Shown: positions 46,345 through 57,800 of the stretch, in pieces
How the letters are laid out: every line of letters starts with the position of its first letter
Numbering within the stretch: the first letter of the stretch is position 1
Virus record (IMG/VR): IMGVR_UViG_3300029305_003084
DNA length: 64,000 nucleotides
Strand: one strand, 5' to 3'
From: a virus
Lineage: Duplodnaviria > Caudoviricetes
Notes under the pieces: model-generated
What the model saw: only the letters and a program-made list of their open reading frames with translations
Told to the model about the DNA's origin: nothing
Databases searched by the model: none
Position numbers and translations under genes: made by a program

Positions 46345-47544
46345 GTGGTGAGGTTTTTGGGACAGATAATCAGTGATAAAAAATTTATTAATGATAATAT
46401 TTTTAAATATGAACAAAGATTAGAATCTCAATATACTATTTTTTTAGATAATACACCAACATTTGTTACATATTATCATATTAATAATGTTAATAGTATT
46501 ACTGATACAGGATTATTAAACGTAGATAATATCCTAGGTCCAAATTCGCCTCTAAAATATCAGTTAATTAAAGACTTTCCAATTTATGGAATTGATCAAA
46601 TAAAATTAGATCTTGCTGAAGAAGAGGAAGGTTTAACGAGTAGTTATGATGGTGAAGGTATTATTCTTCCAAATACAGTTAAGCCTTTACCAAATGATAT
46701 GTTCCATGTATCATATTTAGATAAAGACTACCTGTTTATGGTAACAAATATTGAATATGATACTATTAAAAGTAATAACTTTTATAGAATAGGATTTACA
46801 TTACGTTCATTAGATACAGATGAACATGATTTATTAGATCATCAAGTATTTGAAAAATACGTATGTAATTTCAACAATATTGGAACTGATGATAAATGTA
46901 TTATTGAAGAAGATTCTTATATACTTATCCAAGAATTAGAGAAAGTATGCACACTAATATCTGATAGATATAAGACCCTGTTCTATAGTAAAAAATTTAA
47001 TAGTTTTATTTTTTCTTATGATAATAATATAATTTATGATCAATTCTTATCTCATTTTATTATGAATAATCATATATTTTATAAAGATGATGATTATGAT
47101 TCATTGGTATTGACAAATGAGGATTATGGAATTCAATTCCCAATACTATATGATGAATCAATTTATCGTACAATAGAAACTCGGAACATAGATAATTTAG
47201 AATATATTCGATATATTACTACATCTATAACATATCAGAACTCTATATTTTTTTATTATAATAAATTAGATAATGTTCGTTCAGTATATTTTATGGATGT
47301 TGGTGATCAAGAGTATATTTCAGATAATATAATCAATTTAATTCAACAAAAACAAATTCCTCATGGAACTGATATTTTAGATGAACTGTTCATATCATAT
47401 TTTATAAATGATGATAATATTTATAATATTGATATAGATAGATTAAAGCATTTTAGATTACGGTATACATTTGATATTTTTATAAAAATTCCTATGGTAT
47501 TATATATTATACGTAGCATTATTAATAATTATATGCACGTCTAA
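46345..47544 (+). CDS. Late, probably virion structural protein
   Basis: Late promoter 46319-46330; beta-barrel-like G.ILPNTVKPLPNDMF. Confidence 0.5.
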   Translation: MVRFLGQIISDKKFINDNIFKYEQRLESQYTIFLDNTPTFVTYYHINNVNSITDTGLLNVDNILGPNSPLKYQLIKDFPIYGIDQIKLDLAEEEEGLTSSYDGEGIILPNTVKPLPNDMFHVSYLDKDYLFMVTNIEYDTIKSNNFYRIGFTLRSLDTDEHDLLDHQVFEKYVCNFNNIGTDDKCIIEEDSYILIQELEKVCTLISDRYKTLFYSKKFNSFIFSYDNNIIYDQFLSHFIMNNHIFYKDDDYDSLVLTNEDYGIQFPILYDESIYRTIETRNIDNLEYIRYITTSITYQNSIFFYYNKLDNVRSVYFMDVGDQEYISDNIINLIQQKQIPHGTDILDELFISYFINDDNIYNIDIDRLKHFRLRYTFDIFIKIPMVLYIIRSIINNYMHV

Positions 47545-47587
47545 AAAACATTCATATAATAATGTACATGAAAGGAGTATCCTTACT

Positions 47588-48560
47588 ATGCTAAATGATT
47601 TAAAGAGATATATTAATAAAGATAATGAGTTTACTTCTGCTCTAGAAGCAACTGCATATGCTGTTATTGAGAATGATATCGATGATATCAAGTCTGCTTT
47701 TTTAGATAACCCTGAAGTACGAATGATCGGTGTTGAGAATGATCCTGAAATTAAGAAATTAGTTGATGCTATTCCCCCTGTAGATGGTGATGTATCTACT
47801 ATGGATATTTCTCAAATGATTGAAAACTTTATCCCTGGTGACGTTGATGGTGAAGATGTTAATGAGTCTTCTGTTGAGGAAGAGGTATCAGAATCTTCTA
47901 CTGATGACGAACTACTAGAAGCAGAAATTGAAGATGTATATTATGACGGTGAGTATTTAGCTGAAGATTTAGATTTCGATAGTACATTTGAACCTGAAGT
48001 TGAAGATGTTGATATGAATGATCGTGACGATCTATCTGATGCTAAGGATAATATCACTTATCCTGATAACTGTAATGAAAATTTTATGATTGATGACTTC
48101 GATGAATTTGAAAATTTTTAATGATTAATATATCAATATGAAAGGATGTACTACAATGAAGACCAATAAGAAGCGTATTAAAATTTTAAGTACTGGTATG
48201 ATTAAAGTCCATGGATTTATTAATGGTCCTGTACTTACCCCTTACTATGAAGATATCGGCGTTATTATTAAAATGCTAACTGCTGGTGTTAAAGTAGTTG
48301 AGGTTGCAGATAATGGTGCTGAGACTTTACTAACTGTTTCTAGTGTTCTTGCAGATAGTGAAAAGCAAGAAAAGGAACAGGTTGAAGAAGTAAAGGTTGA
48401 AGAAACAGTAGAAGAGGTTGTTGAAGAAGTAGTGGAAGAGGTTAAAGTTGAAGAACCTGAAACCTCCGATGAGCAGGTAATGGAAGAAAATGTCCCTACT
48501 ACTCAGAAGAATACTAATAACAACTATAATTATAAAAAAAATAATAAGCATAAGAAATAA
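47588..48560 (+). CDS. Two acidic late proteins (47588-48121, 48138-48560)
   Basis: Late promoter 47547-47558; D/E-rich; terminator 48568-48611. Confidence 0.55.
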
Positions 48561-48617
48561 AATAATAAGACTAGTAGATAATCAGTTGCGATTATCTACT
48601 AGTCTTTTTTTAATTAC

Positions 48618-48719
48618 TTAATACTCAAATCCCATTGTTGTACCATCTAATGGGATATCATCAATCTCGTCATCATTATTTCTAATAATATCAAATTCTT
48701 TTTCCTTGTTATCCAGCAT
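48618..48719 (-). CDS. 33-aa acidic peptide missed by ORF track
   Basis: AAGGAGG RBS; MLDNKEKEFDIIRNNDDEIDDIPLDGTTMGFEY. Confidence 0.5.
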   Translation of the reverse strand: MLDNKEKEFDIIRNNDDEIDDIPLDGTTMGFEY

Positions 48720-48826
48720 AGTTAGCTTGGCCTCCTTAAATAATTTGAAGACTTTCAGGAGTATTCCCAAAACTAACATTTTTGCAAGATACTATTTTAA
48801 AATGTTATGTTACTAATATTGATCAT

Positions 48827-48961
48827 TTATAGATCTTTCATCCATGGCGGTAGATTTGATTTGTTTACCGGTTTATAATCTTTACAAATCATTTTCTTTA
48901 ACCATGACAATGTTTTTCGCTTACTGCAATTCTTATATAATATACAGTTTTCGCATTTCAT
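48827..48961 (-). CDS. 44-aa Cys-rich peptide missed by ORF track
   Basis: MKCENCILYKNCSKRKTLSWLKKMICKDYKPVNKSNLPPWMKDL; AGGTGG RBS. Confidence 0.5.
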   Translation of the reverse strand: MKCENCILYKNCSKRKTLSWLKKMICKDYKPVNKSNLPPWMKDL

Positions 48962-48975
48962 CTAACATTCCACCT

Positions 48976-49278
48976 TTAGAATGTAAATTTATAACCCTTT
49001 TCAGTGTGTTCGGAAGATCCTTTCTCAATGATCTGTTCAAACCCCAATTCCTTCAATGCATTATCAACATCATCTTTACTCATTTGGAGATCTTCTGCAA
49101 TATTCTTTTTAGAAATCTCCTTGTAGTTGTAGCCATCTAAGAATGTCATAAGATGTAAAAATACTCTTAATTCTTTCTTAGATAAACTGTCGTTATAAAC
49201 CACTTTTTTAAACTGTTCTCTATTAATAGAGATAGTTTCCTTGTGCTGGAAAGTTCGTCTTGTAGTGTTCGTAGCCAT
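48976..49278 (-). CDS. Winged-helix DNA-binding protein (RepL/MarR-like)
   Basis: LSKKELRVFLHL...ISKKNIAEDLQMSKDDVDNALKEL HTH; early promoter 49334. Confidence 0.65.
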   Translation of the reverse strand: MATNTTRRTFQHKETISINREQFKKVVYNDSLSKKELRVFLHLMTFLDGYNYKEISKKNIAEDLQMSKDDVDNALKELGFEQIIEKGSSEHTEKGYKFTF

Positions 49279-49387
49279 TTTTTATTCCTCCAATAATTAA
49301 TTATAAATCTATATACATATTCGTATATACTTATATAATATATATTTATAATCTTTAACTTAACGATTAATCCATAAATGATAAAAT

Positions 49388-51470
49388 TTAAATTAATGCA
49401 TCATCTGTAGCCCAATCAAGAGTTTTCCAACTATTATCAGAAATATTACTCATTTCATCTTTTAATAATCTATATTCTTCTAGTGTTGGATATCTTCTCT
49501 TCCCTAAAGCAACTTCTCTCATATAATACAAAAAAGTTCCTTCTTCAATATCTTGATTATCACATACACATATAGATGTCTCATCAACATATGATAATGA
49601 TCCATCATAATAATGATATTTACCATCATCATTGATACCTTCTAATACATATGAATCACATTCAAATGCACTGTCGATTATATTATTTAAATTTTCCACT
49701 ACAATATATTTACCACCATTATGTTTAGTAGTAACTAAAGTACCAGTATCAATTGACTTATAATTATTATCAAGTACATGTGGATTAATTGTTGTAAAAA
49801 ATTCTATATTTTCAGTAGGCGACTCCCAATTAAAATTAAATACTAATTCATTTATACTATTACCATAATATTCAATATCACATGAATCAGTACATTTAAT
49901 CATATAATCTAATTTATCTTTAGTTGGGATAATCTCTTTCATTTTTCTTCGAATTCTATCTTTAAATTCTTCTACTGATTGAGATATGATGTGTTTATCA
50001 GTAAAAGCATATATTTTAACATCACTATATTTAGTATATGGGTCTATATGATCATGAATATATTCAAATAATTTATCAATATCATTTGTAGAATAAACAA
50101 GGTCAATTTCTTTTATATGTACAGTATATATAATATCCATTAATATTTACCTCTTAATTTAAGTAACTTTTCTCTATTATGTTCACTTCTTTTATTACCC
50201 TTTAGTTTTAAAAACTCCTCATATTTTTCATCTAATTTATCCATATTAATATTTTCTGGATGTTCACGATATTGTCTACAATAATCATGAAGTTCTTCAC
50301 ATGCATAATTAACAAATTCTTCAACTAATTTAATATGTTTAGAATTAATATCTTTTAATTGATCTTTACAATCATTACTAAACTTAGACATTTCTCCATT
50401 CGAATGTAGTATAATGAATGGATCATTCTTTCTCTTTCTACCATCAAATGATACTTTAACTCTATCGGAGTTTTTATGTTTTGCAGTATCATCTTCAGGA
50501 AAATAAATTCTAATAATATTTATTCGTTTATCCAAATCTCTATCTAAAATAACACCGTCCTTAGTTTGTCCACCATATGCTTCTTCAGCAATAAAATAAT
50601 CTGTTCCAGAACATTCAATAATTAAAGACCAATCGGTTTCTTCCATATAGTTTTTATTAAAGATCATAATATTTAACTTCCTTTCTTATTTTTTATTTAT
50701 ACTAGTAGATATAATATTTCATTATATCTACTAGTATAATATATAATTATAATATTTAAATTAACGATTAATCCATAAATGATTTAATTGTCTTAGAATC
50801 TGTAGGATCATAAACTGCATTTTCATAAGCTAAACTATGTACTTTATCATGATCCAATTCGTGATCTAGTTTATTAGTATAAGTGGTTTTAGTATTTTCA
50901 GCAACCATCTGATATTCCTTTACAGTATCAGTCAATTCCGAATGTTTAGTAATACCGTCAATACCATTACCAGTTGTAGACGCGCTATCAAAACAAACAG
51001 TCTCAGTATAAGGCTCATTTGTCAGAGTTCCTGTTGATCTGACTGCAGACGTCGATCCAGTCAAAGTAGTATTATAAAAATATGCGTCATAATGCTTACA
51101 TTTACATACAACTGAAAGTAAATGTTCTGGATCCTCATAACTAAAACTGGATAGCTTAGAATGCATATCTTGCATTAATCCACGATACTTACAAACATGT
51201 GTATGTTTACAGCTATTACATAACATCGTTTCAATCTTCATAATATTTTCCTCCTAATTAATTTAAAAAGTATTTATCGATAGTTCCAAATATTGGAGAT
51301 GTAAATTTATACGTTAAATCAATTGAACATAAATTATTATATTCACTCATCGGTATAATTACGTTGAATACTAGATATTTGTCATCTAGTGAAATTACAT
51401 TTTTACTACACATATTTTTATATACATCACATGAGTATCGCCTTATACAATACTTACATACAGTATGCAT
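49388..51470 (-). CDS. Hypothetical proteins (49388-50140, 50140-50667, 50768-51241, 51258-51470)
   Basis: ORFs with RBSs; two start with CxxCx5C. Confidence 0.55.
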
Positions 51471-51485
51471 ATATTAATATCACCT

Positions 51486-52946
51486 TCATTCATTATTCCA
51501 ATTCTTTTTATTCATTAAATCAATTGTTAATATCTTTTTACATTTCTTTTTAAATACAGGAAGCCTTTTCGTATACATCGTGTATGCGTAAGGAAATCCT
51601 CTATCAATTAATTCTACATAAAATGTATTGTCTGAATCAGAATACTCTCTTAATCTTCCAGGAATTTGATCTGCTTGTACTTTAGACGAGTACGCTTCTG
51701 TCATAATAACGGTTCGCAATCCTTTAATATCAACACCAGTTCCAGCAGATTTAGGAGTAGTGCTAATAATATCAGCATTCATAGCCTGTTCTTTTGCAAA
51801 ATCAGTAAGCTTTGAATGTAAAGATGCTACGTTATATTCTGGTAAATAATCTTTAATATATTCAGTAATCTTTTCAACTAACTCTATTGTCGTTGATAGA
51901 ATTAAAATTTTACCTTCATAGGTTATAAAATACTTCACAGCATATAATAATGCATTGAAAAACTCATCATCCTGTAATTGATATGCCGCAAACTTATTTT
52001 TATTCCATCCTCGTACTGTATGCATAGAACCCTGATCAACTATACTTGGATTAGAATTATACATAACACCTAAAAACATGATATGTTTACGCAAATCTTT
52101 CTTAAGAATTTCTCCATATTTAATCACATTTTTAAAGCATCGATTAAACAATTTATTCTGTTCATTATCGGAGCGTTCAAATGTTGCAGTAAGATAAATC
52201 GTTCTTTTCGTATTTGTATTTAAATCAATTCTCATCGTATTTTCAAAATTTAAATGAGCTTCATCAAATACTTTTACACCAATTTTAAGAAATTGAAAAA
52301 GTTCATGGACTCTATCCCATCCATGAGATTTACCATAAGCATTTAATGTACCATGATTTACAATATAAACTTTATAAGGCAATTTCTTCATTCTATATAA
52401 CCGATTAATAGCAGATGATGAGTCAATATCATATATCTGCAAATCATTAACATCTGTCATATTAATGAATGTTTCATACCATTGTTTTTTAATTTTATCA
52501 ATTGGTGTGATGACCATAATTTTAGTATTAAAGAATTGAGATGCTGCACAAGTTACATATGTCTTACCTGCTCCTGTTGCAAGAGTTAATGCGAGTTGAC
52601 TATACTTCGATGTGTATTCAAAACCCTGTTGACCAACTAGATATGCAATTGATTTTCTCTGCACATCATCTTTTGGGAAAACTTTAGTTTTAATACTACA
52701 TTTATCATATGGATCAGGATAATAATCCATAATAGATGTACTATCTAATAGTTTTTCAACATATAAAACATCTATTCCTCTAGGAACGCGAAGTTGTCGT
52801 TTTATTGAATCATAAAAATATCCCATAGGAATAAGACTAAACGTAGGTTTATCCCATATAGATAGATATTTTTCTAATTTAGGACAATCGCCAAGGTCAT
52901 AATCATTAATTAAAATTCTTGAATGTTGTACAATGATTTTATTCAT
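51486..52946 (-). CDS. Superfamily 2 helicase (UvsW-like)
   Basis: LATGAGKT, FDEAH, LTAT, GTGVDI, QIPGRLR. Confidence 0.9.
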   Translation of the reverse strand: MNKIIVQHSRILINDYDLGDCPKLEKYLSIWDKPTFSLIPMGYFYDSIKRQLRVPRGIDVLYVEKLLDSTSIMDYYPDPYDKCSIKTKVFPKDDVQRKSIAYLVGQQGFEYTSKYSQLALTLATGAGKTYVTCAASQFFNTKIMVITPIDKIKKQWYETFINMTDVNDLQIYDIDSSSAINRLYRMKKLPYKVYIVNHGTLNAYGKSHGWDRVHELFQFLKIGVKVFDEAHLNFENTMRIDLNTNTKRTIYLTATFERSDNEQNKLFNRCFKNVIKYGEILKKDLRKHIMFLGVMYNSNPSIVDQGSMHTVRGWNKNKFAAYQLQDDEFFNALLYAVKYFITYEGKILILSTTIELVEKITEYIKDYLPEYNVASLHSKLTDFAKEQAMNADIISTTPKSAGTGVDIKGLRTVIMTEAYSSKVQADQIPGRLREYSDSDNTFYVELIDRGFPYAYTMYTKRLPVFKKKCKKILTIDLMNKKNWNNE

Positions 52947-52960
52947 GAAATCATCCTTTA

Positions 52961-53359
52961 TTAAATTTTATATATACTTCTATGATCTTCACTATATGTC
53001 GGTGAGTCTATAAATAGTACTTCTGTATCATAGTCTTCAGCACCTATACTTGATACAATACAATACATATCATAATGATAAAAATCTTTTTCTTTTCTTA
53101 ATTTAGTATACATTGTACATAATGCAGTTTTTAGAATATCTCCAACTTCATCTAATGAAAAATCATTTCTAATCTTTTCTAAAATATCATTCATAGTAAT
53201 ATCCTCAGATTCATTAGTGTTTTGTGGTACACTAGTCGTTGCATCAATAACAGACTCATCACGTTCATAGTAACGTAGATTATTATTTTTGCAGAAATTT
53301 TCATTCTCATCCGCACAAACATACCTTAATCTACAAGTAGCACACGTTCTCATAATCAT
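52961..53359 (-). CDS. Hypothetical protein (CxxC N-terminus; C-terminus paralogous to 54621..54869)
   Basis: MNDILEKIRNDFSLDEV vs MDDIINQIINDDFSMDEL. Confidence 0.55.
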   Translation of the reverse strand: MIMRTCATCRLRYVCADENENFCKNNNLRYYERDESVIDATTSVPQNTNESEDITMNDILEKIRNDFSLDEVGDILKTALCTMYTKLRKEKDFYHYDMYCIVSSIGAEDYDTEVLFIDSPTYSEDHRSIYKI

Positions 53360-53883
53360 TTCCCTTTCATATAATTATTATATACATGAATAATATCAGA
53401 AATTAAATCATCTAAATAAATATTATGATTAATAGTTAACTTAATACCATATTCATCGTCATTGATTTCTTTAATCCACTTTTTCCAATTCTTACTAAGT
53501 GTTTCAGTAAGACCTTCATATGCTCTTTCTCTTCGATAAATACGGAGCACAATATACTCATGCTTATAACATTTTTCTAGATCAGGATATACTATAACAT
53601 AAGGAATGTTAGCTTCCTTTAATGCATCTCTTACTTCTTTATGAGAAGATACAAATACTAAAGAATTATCTGTATTGACAGCCTTAATATGCTTAATATA
53701 ATTATTCGGAAAATCAGGGTGTCTTCCTTTCGAATGGTCATTTTTATCTATCCATGAATAAGAAGAACTATCGGAATCGTATACTTTAAACATAGTATCA
53801 TGAGTATCTGCCCAAATACTACGGTTATTATAATTTTTTACATAATAACTTTTACCAATCCCAGGAAATCCACACACCACCAT
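53356..53883 (-). CDS. P-loop nucleotide kinase-like protein
   Basis: N-terminal GFPGIGKS Walker A; DSDSS. Confidence 0.7.
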   Translation of the reverse strand: MVVCGFPGIGKSYYVKNYNNRSIWADTHDTMFKVYDSDSSSYSWIDKNDHSKGRHPDFPNNYIKHIKAVNTDNSLVFVSSHKEVRDALKEANIPYVIVYPDLEKCYKHEYIVLRIYRRERAYEGLTETLSKNWKKWIKEINDDEYGIKLTINHNIYLDDLISDIIHVYNNYMKGK

Positions 53884-53900
53884 AGTTTATTCCTCCAAAT

Positions 53901-54533
53901 TTACTCAATGTTTGATTTATTTAAAATATCTAAATCGGTAGTAATTCTACACCATTCAGTACAATTGTAAATCCAATGAATTACTTTTGCATCAAACAAT
54001 GCATTATGTTTTTGTATATCATCAAATATAGTTTCAAATTCATTTTCAAGAAGTTCCTTTAAAAATTCTTCTCGATTGATATCAAATGCTTCCACATTAC
54101 TACATGATTTCATAATTGCAAGATTATCATTAACATCATATGCAACTGGATTAATAAATCCATTTACGATATCACTTAATGCACCACCAAATAATTCAAG
54201 AAAATGACAAAAATCATAATGACAAACATCACTAACAAATTGGATAGGCATTTCACAATTCATATTCAACCATCGATATAGTTCACGACCAATTTCATAT
54301 GTATTACCTTTCATTCTAAAACCATCTTCAATATAATATAAGCATGATTCAGACTCATTATATTTTAGATTAGTAATTACATTTTCTTTAATCCAATCAG
54401 AACAGGATTCGATATCATAATCATTGAATTCTGCATAAAATGTTTTATCATTATCAAGATAAACACCAATACTGATAGGCTTATCTTTCATAGTAAGACC
54501 CGTCATTTCAAAATCTACATAAATATTACTCAT
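53901..54533 (-). CDS. DEDDh 3'-5' exonuclease (Rv2179c-like)
   Basis: YVDFEMTGL, ISIG, FYAE, YD, HNALFDA. Confidence 0.8.
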   Translation of the reverse strand: MSNIYVDFEMTGLTMKDKPISIGVYLDNDKTFYAEFNDYDIESCSDWIKENVITNLKYNESESCLYYIEDGFRMKGNTYEIGRELYRWLNMNCEMPIQFVSDVCHYDFCHFLELFGGALSDIVNGFINPVAYDVNDNLAIMKSCSNVEAFDINREEFLKELLENEFETIFDDIQKHNALFDAKVIHWIYNCTEWCRITTDLDILNKSNIE

Positions 54534-54620
54534 ATTATTCGTCCTTTCTTATTTTTATTATATTAATAGGTATAATTATTTCATTATACCTATTAATATA
54601 ATATATAATTAAATTTTATA

Positions 54621-54869
54621 TTAAATATGATACGTATCTAAATGCAATATCCCAGTACCCCAATGTCTATCATAATCCACAAATAATAAATCAACAAACA
54701 TTGGGTCATCACTAAGTTCACATATTAACTTTACATGATCAGAAAATCCCTCAGTTGACAATAAATTTCTATATATTTGAGCCAAAACATAACGCGCCAA
54801 TCTAGATAATTCATCCATAGAAAAATCATCATTAATTATTTGATTAATAATATCATCCATAATATTCAC
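54621..54869 (-). CDS. Small hypothetical protein
   Basis: ORF with GAGGTG RBS. Confidence 0.5.
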   Translation of the reverse strand: MNIMDDIINQIINDDFSMDELSRLARYVLAQIYRNLLSTEGFSDHVKLICELSDDPMFVDLLFVDYDRHWGTGILHLDTYHI

Positions 54870-54875
54870 CTCATA

Positions 54876-57800
54876 TCATAATTTTTCTTTAAAGAATGGA
54901 TCAACAAAAGAGGTTCCAGTCTTACGGAATGTTAGAGGAGATAGTAACTGTCTTCCTAAGAATTGGAAAGATAGACCAATTAATACAGACGGGTGTTTCT
55001 CTAATGCACCACTTACTGTTAACATCTGTGTATCCTGTAATGCACTATATTTAGTAAAATCAGGTCGTTCTAATACATCAGAAATAGAACGAATTAAAGG
55101 TGTTAGTAGTACTTCTGCATGAACACTCATAATATCAATACTAGACTCAATCATTAGATCCATCATAGATTGTACTAAATCATTGACAGTTTCAATACCT
55201 AATTTCCTACGCCCTTCTCTAGTGTCAAGTAAGCCCATGATGTCATATAATGGTCTAGTTAATTCTCTATTTTCAATCTCAATTAAGAATAGTCTACTTT
55301 CATCTTCAATATCATTGAAATTAATTTCATAAATTTCAGGATCACCTTTAGGATGTTTCATTAGTTTCTTTAATTCAGGTGTAATGTAAAATTCTTTCAT
55401 AGATTTTTCATTCATTTCCATGATCTCACCAGTATTATTATCTATAACATGGAACATTGTGACGAAAGAATTTAATTCACCTTCATTTAATTCACTCATA
55501 GTAATGATATTATCTTTAAAGATTAACAGAGCGTAATTATCATCATCACTATCTAACATATTTAAAGTAATTTCATTTGCATTAAGAGAAAAGAATTTAC
55601 TGAATTTTTCACTAAATTCAATTTTCTCAGATGTTGTTGTCAGTAGATGTTTTGTTGAGAGGATTCTCTGTGATAAGGGTTCGGTGATCACAGCTCCAGC
55701 AAAAGACCCAATACCAAGACCATAATTGGTATGGTAATTAATTGGACCATAACAACATTCACAAATACCTTTCTTTGATGCACATGTAATAGGCGATTTA
55801 ACTAGAATCTTTTTACCAATAATATGAGTATCAGATTCAGTTAACACTTTATAATTTCTTTCATGTGGTAATTTATACATTCTACCAATCAATCTGTCCA
55901 TATGCTTTTTAGTTTTAATTTCAAGACAAATTGGATGAACTGATCTACAGTGTTTTTTATTTTCTCTTAATCTAATATCAGAGACTAAGAGCATACATCT
56001 TCGGGCAAAGGCTGTTTATATTCACATAAGGTCGTTACTCTTATGCCGTTCTCTTATGAACTGCTACATATTTCTATGTAGACTAGACTATATCTTCATT
56101 TTAGATTTTTCTAAAATGTTTCCCATTTCCACTCACTTGAGTGTACGTCTTTCGACTAGTCGTTGAACGTTCGTTTAAAAATATTTAAAATTTATAATAA
56201 TTTGAAATATCTGTTCGTCTTTCTCTATTTTTAATATTGCGAACATATCTACTACTACATCCAACAATATTTGCAATTTGACTAATTGTTAAATTGTTCT
56301 CCTCTAATAATTTACATATCATATGAATTGAGTCGTTGGAAACTTTATTCATTAATCTTGGAAACTCAAAATTTTTTGAAATATGTGTCCATGTATTACG
56401 ATTATTTATATGATATATAGTATCTTCGGAAATATTTAATATCTCAGATATTTCTTTTATAGATTTATTATTAGATAACATTTCACAACATTTTAATACT
56501 GTCTCGTCATTAATTTTAGCAAAATTACAATTTTCACCAATATTTGATCTATTATCACATAATCCACTATCAAAAGCATGTTTTATATTTTCACTATGAG
56601 TACACCATTCTAAATTATAAACACAATTATTAGTCTTATCGCCATTACAATGATTTACTTCTAAATCATCATATGATAATCCTTTATCTAAATATTTTTT
56701 AGGAATAGGAATAAATGTCATTGCAACCAATCGATGAATTTTACATTTTTTAGTATTATCACCAAGTTTTAAATTAACATACATATATCCTTTTTTATAT
56801 TTACTGATAGATAATGGTTTATTACTTAACATGCTATATATTTCACCGTTAGTAGAGATTATATAATCTGAATACTGTATTCCATTTACATAAAGAGGAC
56901 TTTTCATATAAATATCAATTAGTAACATATTAATATCACTTCCTTTCATTAATATAATATATAATTGAAATATATAAAATAACGATTAGTATTGTGAATT
57001 GTTAAATATATTTTTAAACGCTTCGCTGCGGATTGTCCAATCTTATAATCTTTTTACTATACCTAAGGCATTACCCTTCGCCCTTATCTATATCACTATG
57101 ATAAGTTAGTAATTATAAGCTCTAAGGAGTTTCCCGCAATTAGAGAAAATTCATTATGTCAATATGACATAATGGGCACACAATTTACCAGATTCCATTT
57201 ATCTTCACATAAGGTCGTTACTCTTATGCCGTTCTCTTATGAACTGCTATATGTCACCATATAGATGAGACTATATCTTCATCTCTAATGAGATGCTCCC
57301 CATTTCCACTCACTTGAGTGTACGTCTTTCGACTAGTCGTTGAACCTTCCTTATATAATATAAGGCTTGGCTGCTGATTGTCTCAATTGAGAGTTCCCAG
57401 CAATTAAAGGAGTTTGCTATATACATCACTGTACATAGGAGCTAAGTTTAAACCTCGACCCATTTTGCTTTTGTTCATAATAAGGGACTTCCTGCCTCCT
57501 AAACTGTCGATGAAATATCCACTAATTGTATTTAAACCACCAACAACTAAATTAGAATTAATAGGAATAGGAATTGTTTCACCAGAAATATTAGGTTTAA
57601 GACCAATATTTCCGGAAAATTCGAACAGTTGCTTATCCTTTATACCTGCACCAACGTTTAGCATAGGCTTAAGATCATTTTCTTCATTTTTCAAAATCTC
57701 AATTTCTTCACGCATTAATTTATGAAGATATTCTTCAATTTCATTAGGTTGCCAACTAGGATCAACCTTCGTATGAAGAATTTCATTGAATCTTTCATTA

